The position numbers and the translations under genes are program-made. From Klebsormidium nitens (Eukaryota > Plantae > Klebsormidiophyceae): DNA of 64,000 bases. The stretch spans positions 62,001-126,000 of the forward strand of contig DF236983.1 in NCBI GenBank assembly GCA_000708835.1. The letters are read 5' to 3'. Of the stretch, positions 10,587-21,100 are shown in pieces; position 1 is the stretch's first letter; each line of letters opens with the position of its first letter. The notes beneath the pieces were generated by a model that was not told where the DNA came from, did not search any database, and worked only from the letters and a program-made list of their open reading frames with translations.

Positions 10587-11954
10587 TCAATTGTTCGAGT
10601 TCTCAATGCTTATCAAGCGCGGCTCCTCCACGACTATTGTAAGTCTTGGCTTTCGCTTTTGCAGATTCAGGAAGCTTGTTACCATGTTGACTAGGGGACC
10701 GTTTACACCTCTCAGGTCGATTTTCAAGTGTGTGAGCACTTGGCTTGCCTCAGCAATCTTGACGCAGAAATGTACTTCCTCCATACTAGTAGCATCTACC
10801 ACCAGCTTCAAGAGGTTCCTAAACGACAGCGACACGATCCTCTCTGAGGACTGATCTACAAGGGCTTCCAAAAGCCTGATGCTCGTATCCAATGTCTTCA
10901 ATCTCCGCAGGTACATGAGGATCTCTGCGGCTTTCTCGATGTTGCTATTTTCGAATGCCACATCCTCGAGATCAAGTATTTCTAGGTCCCTTGAAAGCTG
11001 TAGCACCTGGAGAAAGGGCTCCTCTTTCCACGTGTTGGACAGCCTCAGTTCTCTCACCTTCCAGGGCGTGGATCCATGAATTGGTCCTTCTGGCGCCCGT
11101 TGGAAGTGCAGATTGCACAACTCTGGAGCATTGATGCATGTCTCCCGGCTGTCAGGCAGGTGCAGCCTTTTCAAGCGTGGCGTGTCTATTTCCAGTTTTG
11201 TCAATATTTCGTTTGATGTGGCGTTGTCAAGCACAAGAGCAGTAAGAGTTTGCGACTCCACCCTCAAGCTTGCAACACCACAAAGTCCTCTGATTGTCAG
11301 CTTCTCCAAAGCCGGAGCCACCTGATGTAGCAAGTGGTCCATTGCAGCTCTGGTGATCGATAACGAGTTTGTCAGGGCCAGTGCTTTCAGATGGAGAAAA
11401 GGCGTCAGGTTGCGCACAGGGCTCCAGATAGGAACTCTGCAGCGCACAAGCTCAATGGACTTGAGCAAAGGGCACCTAGACAGAGCCCTGAACAGCTGTT
11501 GTGTCAGCTCGTCAGCCTCATTTCCTAGATCACCATAAGTCAGGCGGAAGCGTTCCAGCTTTGGAGTGGAATTCAGCGCCCCTGCGAGCAGACCACCAGA
11601 GATGGTCATAAGGGTAGTACCTTTCCGCTTGCAGATCAGGTTCATCCTTCTCAGATCCTCTGCCTCTTGCAGGAAGAACAGGAGCCGTGCGTCCATTGTC
11701 CTGGCTGCATTCAGCACGCAGACGACCCCTTCCACCTGCAAAGCAAGCTGGTTAAACCGTCGCGACACCGGCCTCAGCCGTGCAAGCTTCTTGAAGTCTG
11801 CGGCCGGGTCTTTAGAAGTGGGACTCTCAGCAGGTCTCCCGGACGCCGCTTTAACCGGCAGGTCTCCCGGACGGACGATGATGCGACTCAGCAATGTATC
11901 TGGCAGCAGTTCAAGGGGGCAAGTGGCACCAGATCTTGCTGACGTGGCGGCCAT
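10587..11954 (-). CDS. Intronless F-box/LRR-like protein (455 aa)
   Basis: Uninterrupted ORF from ATG; N-terminal F-box-like LELLPDTLLSRII...LRPVSRRFNQLA; then repeated LxxLxL segments (LERFRL, LKSIEL, LKALAL, LEKLTI, LEILDL). Confidence 0.75.
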   Translation of the reverse strand: MAATSARSGATCPLELLPDTLLSRIIVRPGDLPVKAASGRPAESPTSKDPAADFKKLARLRPVSRRFNQLALQVEGVVCVLNAARTMDARLLFFLQEAEDLRRMNLICKRKGTTLMTISGGLLAGALNSTPKLERFRLTYGDLGNEADELTQQLFRALSRCPLLKSIELVRCRVPIWSPVRNLTPFLHLKALALTNSLSITRAAMDHLLHQVAPALEKLTIRGLCGVASLRVESQTLTALVLDNATSNEILTKLEIDTPRLKRLHLPDSRETCINAPELCNLHFQRAPEGPIHGSTPWKVRELRLSNTWKEEPFLQVLQLSRDLEILDLEDVAFENSNIEKAAEILMYLRRLKTLDTSIRLLEALVDQSSERIVSLSFRNLLKLVVDATSMEEVHFCVKIAEASQVLTHLKIDLRGVNGPLVNMVTSFLNLQKRKPRLTIVVEEPRLISIENSNN

Positions 11955-13337
11955 TGCAGCTTCTGGTTCTTGTAGCTGAGTGGATGAGAGCTCTAGCTCT
12001 TGGAAGACGGTAGAAGTAGCTGGATGTTGAGTGGGTATGAAACTCTGAGTGGCATGGCGGGAATAGAAATAAAGACAGGCCGTCCGTTTGGTGCTACGAC
12101 CTCCCTACGACGCTAAATACCTGTTGCTTGGAAGAATTGAAAGCATTCCTAGAGCAGAAGGACTCGGTGGAGGCCAGGCGCTGGCGTGCCCAAAAGGTGT
12201 GCAGTGCAAGTTGGCCCTTTGAACACATTTGTCGCGGCAGCCTGCATCCATCCAAGTTGCACGTAAGGATTATACCAGAATGCAAGCATGCGTAAAGACT
12301 CAAGCAGACCAGCTCTACCTAGGTTTCCAGCAAGAAATGAGCAAGATTCACAAGTTGCAACCGGCAGGGGTCGTTCAAGCATCAGCACGGGCGGTTGTAC
12401 CGGCCAGGTCCCCTCTGTCTCTGATCCGACCTACCTAGGTATCACAAAGATACCTAACTTTGACGGGACGTACGTTGCAACGTTTCAGCCTGAGGTGGAC
12501 ACGCCATGGTGTGATTGCAACGTTCTTCAATTCCTGCAGTTGCTTTCTTTCTCGTCCGACGAGTCGGACCCGGCCCCGGCGAGCCACAAATGATGGATCA
12601 CTGGGGGATCACTGCCAATTTGGTCAGCGATCTTGCCCGAGTCGTCACTGCAAACGACCCGGGTCCAAATGGCGACCGGGAAAGTAAGGCCGTCCGATAA
12701 ACAGCTTGCAAGCATCTGACGGTTAAGCTGACCCAGGGATCAGGAGAGATAAGCTTCCGGTAGGCCGCTCAGCAACCGTCAACATACAAAAGCCGCGCGC
12801 GCACAAAAACTGGCGCTGGACTCGGACAGCTGCACTTGAATGCCCATGCAATGCATGATGGCATTGATGCAACAAAATGGCGCGTAAATCTGAGAACCCT
12901 GCTATGTTGCCTGTCACGTGGCAGTGTAGGCAGCTTTGAGCAAGCTTGCTGCTTGAAGTTGAATGAAGGCAGATGTTGGGATTGAAACTTTTAGTGAGGT
13001 TGTCGCCCGCATCACAGAAAGCAGCAGCCGCCATTTTGCATTTATGTCTGTGTTGAGGGCGTCAAACTTGTTGATTGCAGCGCTTCTAATGGTGGTAGTT
13101 GATGAGAAAAGTAGTTGCAGCTGGGGGCATCAGCAGCAATACTATGAGCACAAAACTAAATGAGTAGCTTTGGCGCTCCCAAGCATCGACACGTCGTCTA
13201 TTGCTCGACATATGTAGCACTAGAAGAAGAGTCTGCCACAAGGTGTGTTGTAAAGGTGTGGATTGATGTTGCAATAACATTCTCTGAGTAGGACTGATTC
13301 AAGGATCTGAATTTCTCCTTTTGGTTCCAGACAAGCG

Positions 13338-16300
13338 ATGATGCAGGGGCGGCCAGACTTTTGGGACCGACAGATTGCGCGCCCGCCAAATGAGCACTGG
13401 CGCGAGAGCACCTCCTCACATCAACCTCTTCCCCGTCCGATCGGGATGTCAATCGCTGGTGGTGACTGGTCATCTTATCATCAGGGGTCTCCAGATCTGC
13501 CCTTTCAGCCCCACGGCACGTTTGCATATCAGACTACCAGATCCGGCCCTCCCGAACTCGGTCTTAATGGCGCCTTCTCACATCCGCTCCCTCACCAACC
13601 GGGTCCGCCAAACCACGGGCCTGTTCGCACTCCATACCAGCAGACACCTGAACACCACCAGCCCCTTGGACTGGGAATGAACCAGATGGCAGACCAAACG
13701 CTTGCAGGGTTGGGCCCGCGCTTTGGCCTCCGGCCTGGGGGTTCATTTGCCCCCCGACCATACCCCCCGATGCATGTGAGTGGTGCCGATATTGGTCAGC
13801 AGCAGCTGGGACGGGAAGGCATTCTTCCGACGCCTGTTCCAGGGACATATAGTTCCGCTCCCGGTTGGCACCGGCCAGTTAGCGCTCAGTTGATGCAGGC
13901 TGCACCGAGGGCTGTGCGGCCACTTGTCTGGGGGCCGAACGGGAGCGGGGTCGTTTTGGTGCACGGCGCTGAAGGGAGGCATGGTAAGGGGATGTTATTC
14001 ACGTGTTCCTTGGCTCTCAGTCATGATGGTTCAATAGTGTTCGCACAAAGCTTCCCTAGGAATTACTCCCTGCTTTCACATGTACCCAATCTCGAACTGA
14101 ATCCACCATGAAAGGTGTGTTGGTCTGCTGATTGTCACAACGCGACTCTGTCAGTACGGCAGGGAAGCTTTCTGACACTGGCTCGGTGTCTTTTGCCATC
14201 GCACGATTACTCTGCACTAATGGCTCCTTCCCCCATTGAAGAGTCTTGCAGCTTTTGAGCTTCCGGTTCCTGTAGCTTACGTACAACCTTTATCCATTTG
14301 AGCAAGCCAACCAAACTTCCATTCAAACCTCACAGGTCCCAACCCCACCTCTCAAAGCGGCAACATACGCCAATTTCGACAAGAAGACTCGCGTGCTGGA
14401 GCCTCCAGTGACAAGCCGCCATCCGATGCAAAACGATCCAAAAATGGTTACAACCACGGTTCATCATCTCTCTCATTTCGAGATGTCCAAGCTGCTTCGC
14501 AAACAGACATAAAGCCTCCGATCAAGCAATCTCTGGAAAGGCGAGAGGTAAACCCGGGGGGTGGAGTAAAACGGCCGGCCAGCGCACAAGGAAGGGAGGA
14601 AAAGAGGCAGCGAACGGAGGCGCCGCGGGTGCCTGGGTGGAAGGCAAAAGCGGCGGAGGCGGTAGACGTTACAGACCAGTTTGCACTGGAGGATGTAAAC
14701 AGTGAGTGGGCCAATTTTTGGAATTTCTTTTTCGAGGATTATGTGCAAGCAGTGTTGTTCCTGCATCTGAACCCCTTTTGCAATCATGGGACCTCCACAA
14801 GGCATGTGAAGGTGCTGTTGACATGTGTATCTGGGCCATACTTTGCAAGATTGTTCAGCGTAAGAGGTGATTACGACTTTGTGGTAAGAATCATTGTTCC
14901 GTTGATTCCCTGGTAAGAGTCGCCTGGTTGAGTATAAGCCAGCAATTCAACTCTTTTAAAAGGAGCACAACCATCGCGCCAGTGATGATCAAACCGACAC
15001 TCTAGTGACGACCAAACCGACACTCTAGTGACGACAAATCGGTGCAAGTTTGTCAAGCCCCGCTCGTTCCACAAAACATGTGCATGCACTCATCAGTACA
15101 GGAGATTGAATACTGCATTGGTCTGTTACCCTGTCCTCACTTCAAATAATTTCACCTTTGAAGCATCTCATTCCTCATCTCTAAAGCAGCGTCCTCCTTC
15201 GAAGTATACTTTACACGCTTATCCTCTCTTCCAGACTCGTTAACAGAGATCCGCAACCCTTACATTTCTTCTCCATGCTTCTAAATTTTTCTAGCCGTTT
15301 CCCGAACCTCTAGTATCTCCTCCGCTACCAAGCACATCCCAAGCCGACCCGTCAAGCAGAAGACGTGGAACTCCCCACCTTAAGTTTCTTCTGCGGACGC
15401 GCTTGATCGGATCCCCGGTCGAGATCGGAGCGTCCTCTACGGTTCCGTTTTCTCTCCCCTGCTTCCAACCCTGTTCTTGCCGGCCCGTCGAGCAGAGGAT
15501 GCGTTCAAGAAGAAGGTGGAGCGCGAGACGGATGCGCACCGCCTGGCGCAGCGCCAGAAGCAGATCGACTTCGGCAAGAACACGCTCGGCTACGAGCGTT
15601 ACCTCGAGGTCACCCCAAAGTAAGCGGACTCCCAGAGTTGCAAAAAGCCCACTTTGGCCTTATTGTATCCCGCTTTTAATCGTGGACGCTTACCTTTGCT
15701 TTGATATGCGGTTGTCCGGCTTTTGTTTGCATCCAAAGGATCGGGTAATTGGTTAGATCTTAGTGTATACATTAGACTCCTCGAGCCTTGAACCGATCCC
15801 ACAGATTCTTCTGAGCTGAGGACCCGTTTTGGGCGAAGCGTCCTCCACGTGTCTCTATTTTTATTCCCCTCTAGTTTCTACTGCACAGACCACAAGACAG
15901 CGTTCACTCGCCGAAAGATCTTGCATTCCTTCCCCTGAAGCGCCGTCGAGCTCGAGCCCTGGTGAACCGTCACAGTTCCGCCTTCAACCAAAGAGGAAAC
16001 CGCGCCATGAGTTGACACGCCTACATCCGTTGTTTCTGCTCCTGACAATCTGACGGGCAAATAGGCTCAAATTGCCCACACAACTAGACAGGCAATACGT
16101 AGCGAACAACCAGCAATGGAGTTTCTTGCAAATGCAGGGCCAAGCGGCAGAAGGGCGACCCGACCACCCCGAGGATTCACCAGGTGTGCAGCAAGCGCAG
16201 CTGGGACGGGCAGATCAAAAAGTGGCGCCGATTCCTCCACCGGTACGACCCCCCGGTTGACGACGAGGCGGAGTTTGCGGAAGAAGAGTACGTACCGGGT

Positions 16301-16441
16301 TACCGGGATAATGCCGGCGGGGTTAAGGAGGATGAGACTGGTGCTGAGGGTGCCCCAGAAGAGAGTGCGGAAGAGGAAGAGGCGGAAGAAGTTAAGGCTT
16401 CGATTTTCGAGGATGATGAGGATGAGTTCGTCGGGTTGTGA
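13338..16441 (+). CDS. SLBP: Histone mRNA stem-loop (hairpin)-binding protein, ~479 aa
   Basis: Exons 13338-13983, 14336-14701, 15496-15619, 16138-16441 join in frame (1440 nt). They encode [70 protein letters not shown], matching the SLBP RNA-binding domain as recalled for human (RRQKQINYGKNT..Y.RY...P..TP.K....SRRSWD.QIK.W...LH.WDP), followed by an acidic tail. A strong acceptor at 13330 means further upstream exons are possible. Confidence 0.9.
14990..15035. repeat. Perfect 23-bp tandem duplication in an SLBP intron
   Basis: CAAACCGACACTCTAGTGACGAC x2. Confidence 0.9.
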
Positions 16442-18178
16442 GTTGAGCGGCCGAGTCCATGCGATGCTGTTGAGTTAGACCTGCTTTGTCCAGTCGATCA
16501 GACCGTACGAAAGTGCGGCGCGCTCGAAGGGAACTGCTGAGGAAGTAGTCTCGAGTTGCCAAATCATGACCGTCGACAGCACGAACGTTTCTTCCGCTGC
16601 TCATGTGAATCGATTTGCGTTGAGCTCATAGCCTGGGCGGCTCACGAAGCCCTCGCAGATCGATCTGCGAGAGTGGTCTCTGCAACAAGTCACAGGGTCA
16701 ATGGCAACCCCATGCGCGCCACGTTCGAAAAACGTTGGCCGCCGCCCTGTTTGAAGGGGTCTGAAAGAAGATCTCATGTGCGAGCGACTAAGTTCTCAGC
16801 AGTCTCACTTGAAAGCATGATGTACAAAGAGTGATCGAGTACGTACGAAATTGAAGCCACGTGCCGGCTTTGATCGAGCTAGGGCGATCGGTGCATTCTG
16901 CGAGCCCATGCGTTCATACAAACGCGATTCAATTCTTCAATTGCGGAAGTGAAATCTGATACATACGCGCGCGCTGTAGCTGCTTCATGCTCGTCGGATC
17001 ATGGTACGTCATGCACATATATGCACGTGCAATCGGTACGCAACATTGCGCTTGCAGCACCCATGCAGACAGCATGGCATGTCAACCCCAGGTCGGACCA
17101 ATTGCCAAGTTGGAAATCTGCTAGCTGTATGCATTTGCGTCGTGCCGTAGTATGACGGTCATGCATGTGGGATATTGGTACACGTCAATTGTGTGGATAT
17201 ATATGTGTGGTCCCGCGTACGCCTATGCCAGCATCATGGCATGGCGGCACTGCATGAACCCTCGGGGCGCTGATGTCGATGAACAATTAAGGTTTGCTGG
17301 CGGCAACGCATATGCAAGCATGATACTCTTCATCGTCCGCATGATATGATTCTGCCGAGTATCAGTCCTGACTCTTTATCAGGTATGCGTCGATTCAGAG
17401 TGGTAGTGCAAGCTCGTCATGCATGCTATGCACACAAAACCGGGGCTGCACGCCAATCACTCAGCTGAATCCATACTTCGGACAAATTGAAGAACAAGTA
17501 ACATCCACCACATTCAGTTAGTTTTGACTCAGTCTTCTCCGTCTTATCCCTGTACCTTCACTGGGCTGATTGTGATCGGCTTGTATTCACTTCCGAGCTT
17601 GCCCTTCCACCTTTCTACGCTGGACAGCTTTGGTACACTTCTGTGTGTTCGACCCAATGAGTCGCTGTTTGTACGCTGCCGCGGCCGACCTTGCAGTGAC
17701 GCGCTATTTCTAAGCGCTATTCTAAATTTTTTGAGATCTCTCCTCATCCGGTTTACACATATTTCCTAGATCTAACTCGGCTGCAGTTAGTTTCCTACAA
17801 ACCCCAGCTTTATTATTACCTTCTTAACGACACGTCTGTAAGGATAATGTTACACGTTTACCGTCTCGTCAGAGACTCTGCTCCTGGGGAATGGCCAGCA
17901 AGTTGCCAGCTGTCGAATATTGCAATCTCTCGAATCAACCACCAAGACCCGACTTGATCTCCTCACGCCCATGACTCCCCGTCATGGGCCAATAGCTCGC
18001 TCCCACGTACTAATGGTGTTTTCATTTTGCGCCGCGGGGAGCCATCAAATTTTCACCTATCAATGACTGGAAGCCGCCAAGACCAATGCTGAAAACGGCC
18101 TTTGAAACGAAGTGGGGCAGTAACTGTAACCGCCCCGTAACCAACCCTAGTAACCCAGTAAGTAACCCAAGTCAGCAA

Positions 18179-21100
18179 TCAGGACGCAACCAGGGGAGGC
18201 CGGTCCGGTTCTCCGTAAGCGCGGCGTCTATCCGACTGTGCGCGCGTGGCCAAAAGGTGGTACGTGGCGGTAAAGTACGTGTGTTCGCCCCGGAGAATGC
18301 TCTCGCTCAGGGACTGGGTGTCAATGCGCTTCGAGATGCAGTTGAGGATCGCCGGGTCGAGCGGGGGGCGACACTCGAGCTCGGTGGGAAGGCCGGGGAG
18401 TCGCCAGCACGGCACGGACTTGCCGCGGACCCAGGGGTGGTCCGCGACCTGCAGAGGCGAACAGCGCGAGATGACGTCAGCCAGAGGCTCCTTCTGAGGT
18501 CGCAAATGGGATGCTTAAGTAAAAGGAAGTGCGGACAGCAACTGTTTCGAAGCTTATCAAAGCGAAGCTTCTAGCGAAGCCAGTTCTCCTTTCAAGAGAT
18601 TCGTACATCCAATGTTCGTTCGCGCAGAAGAGCTCTCGCTTCATCCCTCGAGCTCGTTTGAGGTGAAACAAAAGGCAAAGCCCAATACCATGAACAAGTG
18701 CCCACGAAACCAAAAAGCTTGCTGACCTGCTCGAGCGTCAGCCGCCGGCGCGGGTCGGTCGTCAGCATGCCGCGCAGCAGGTCCTTGCTCTCGTCCGAGA
18801 TCCAGTCCGGCGTCTTATATACGCCGGCGATGATCTTCTGGCACAGCTCGTCCTTATTGGAGCCGCTCGCGTGGAACGGGAGGTAACCGGTGATCATGGC
18901 GAATAAGACGACGCCCAGGCTCCATACGTCGACGGGGGGGCCGTCGTAAAGCTGGCGGGAGACGATCTCGGGGGCGGCGTATGAGGGGGAGCCGCAGTGG
19001 ACGCGCAGCTTCTTGCCAGGGACCTGGAGGAAAGCGGATGGAAAGGACTTGAACAGACGGTTTGGAAACACATCGACAAAAAGGACCCGCTTAAAGGGAG
19101 GATACAGAATCTGCTGAGAACAACTTTTGAGTCAATGGCGGAATCGTCTTGAAAACTCGAGTGGGGCAGTTTCGACAACGAACGGGAACTTGACGTTTGA
19201 GGGAAAAACGAGCGCGCGAGCTTCACGGACTTTCTTTGCGAGCTGCGAGACTTTGAAGCAGCACGATTACCAGAAAACGGAGTGTGAACGGATAGAAAAG
19301 AGAAAGCACAAAGACAGGAAACGGAGTGCAAAAAGGAGTGGAGAAGAAAACAAGCGGTTCTAAATGTCTCACCAGGATGGCGCTGAGTCCGAAGTCGATG
19401 ATCTTCATCTGGCGGTCCGCGGTGAGCAGCAGGTTCTCCAGCTTGATGTCGCGGTGGATGACGCCCTGCGCGTGGCAGTACGTCAGCCCCACCAGGATCT
19501 GACGTAAGCAGTCACGTGCCTCCGGCTCGGGCAGGCGCTTCTTCTTGCGCACGTGGTCCAGCAGGGTGCCCCCGCTCGCGTGCTCCATGATGACGTGGAT
19601 GCGCGACGAGGCCTCGCCCACCTCGAGCAGCCGGATGATGTTGCTCTGCTGGGAGGGAAAGCGGGGGGGTGACGTCAGCAATCATAGAGTTGATGAAGTC
19701 AGACGGAATCGAAGCTTTTTGAAAGCGAGCGGTCGGAACGAAGTCGTCCAACCAATGGAAGCGGTCGGGTAGATCCACCGGAATGCAAAGGAAAAGAGCA
19801 CTTCTGGAGCTGAAGATTGACAACAAAACCGAGTTCGCGGTCTTAAAGAAAGTAGCCTTTTTCTGACCTGCTTTGCTTTCAACGGTTGAAACGAATTGCA
19901 AACGAAAAGGGGAACGTTGGCAGCTCCGCCAAAGCGGTGCAAGGATTGAGTCGAGGTGTTCCGAGGATGGCACGTGTCCGCACCTGATTGAGCTTCTTGA
20001 GGACCTTGATCTCGCGCGCCACTCGCTTCCTGTCGGTGGGATCCGTGAGCCGCGTCTTGTCGATGACCTTGATCGCTACCTTCTCTCCGCTCACGAGGTG
20101 AGTGCCCAAACGGACCTGCAGATTGGAGCGACATCAGAGTGAGCTGAAATTGTTGAAAAACTGCAGACTGAAGAAGGGACCTTTCACGAGATCACCCGGG
20201 GCTGAAGATTTGAATGCCTTAGCTTAGCTCTTGTTCGAGAGCTAGCAGCTGGAGCTGCTCCAATTCCAAGTGGAACGAGCTGCGGTTCCTTCTCTTTCAC
20301 GAAGTCATCAGCTGACTTCTCTTGCTCACGTCGATCTAAGTTACGATCACAGCTCCAAAGCTTCTTTGAACTGGACTGTACAAAGCAGCTCCTTTTCCAG
20401 CTTGGGTCGACCAATTGCAAAAGAATCACAACAAATGGAGCTTCACTATCTCACCTTGCAGAAGCCACCCTCGCCAATGACCGGCCCGACCGAGTATCCT
20501 GGAAGTGCGTTCGGGTTGTTGAGGCTCTCGTGCAGCTGTTGCGCGAGCCCGGGGCGGGGGATCCCTACGGAAGGAGTCGCCCCATTGTTGACGCGTGTCG
20601 CCAGGGGGCCATCCCTCTCAGGCGCGCACTCTGGCGCTGACGTGTCAGACGCTGCGCCAGGAACGTGGCCGTCGAACTGGCCAATCATGAAGCCCCTCGA
20701 GAGGTTGGGCGAGCAGGGAGTGGTCGCCTGGATGAAGTGACGTGGCAGGTTCGGGGGGCTCTGGACCAACGGAATGCCGGCACGTGTCACGTCCTGGGCG
20801 GGGCTGGCGGGGATGATCACCGGGTTGGACCGCAGGGAGAACGGGGTGGCCTTCAGCTCGTCCTGGTGGGCAAAATCGGACGAGGCGCCGCCGAGGACCG
20901 TCCGAAACTCGTGCGCGCTTTCTTCTTCGGACGCCGTCGCGGAGCTCAGGCGGCCGAAGCGGTGCGGGGACGACGACGCAATGTAAGAGACGCGGCTAGG
21001 GTGGGCGGATCCGAAGCTCATGTGAGCTTGGAAAGCGTCCGTGGTCTGAGCGACTCGGTCATCCTCAAGCGAGTGACTGGCTCGAGGGGGGAGGGCGCTC

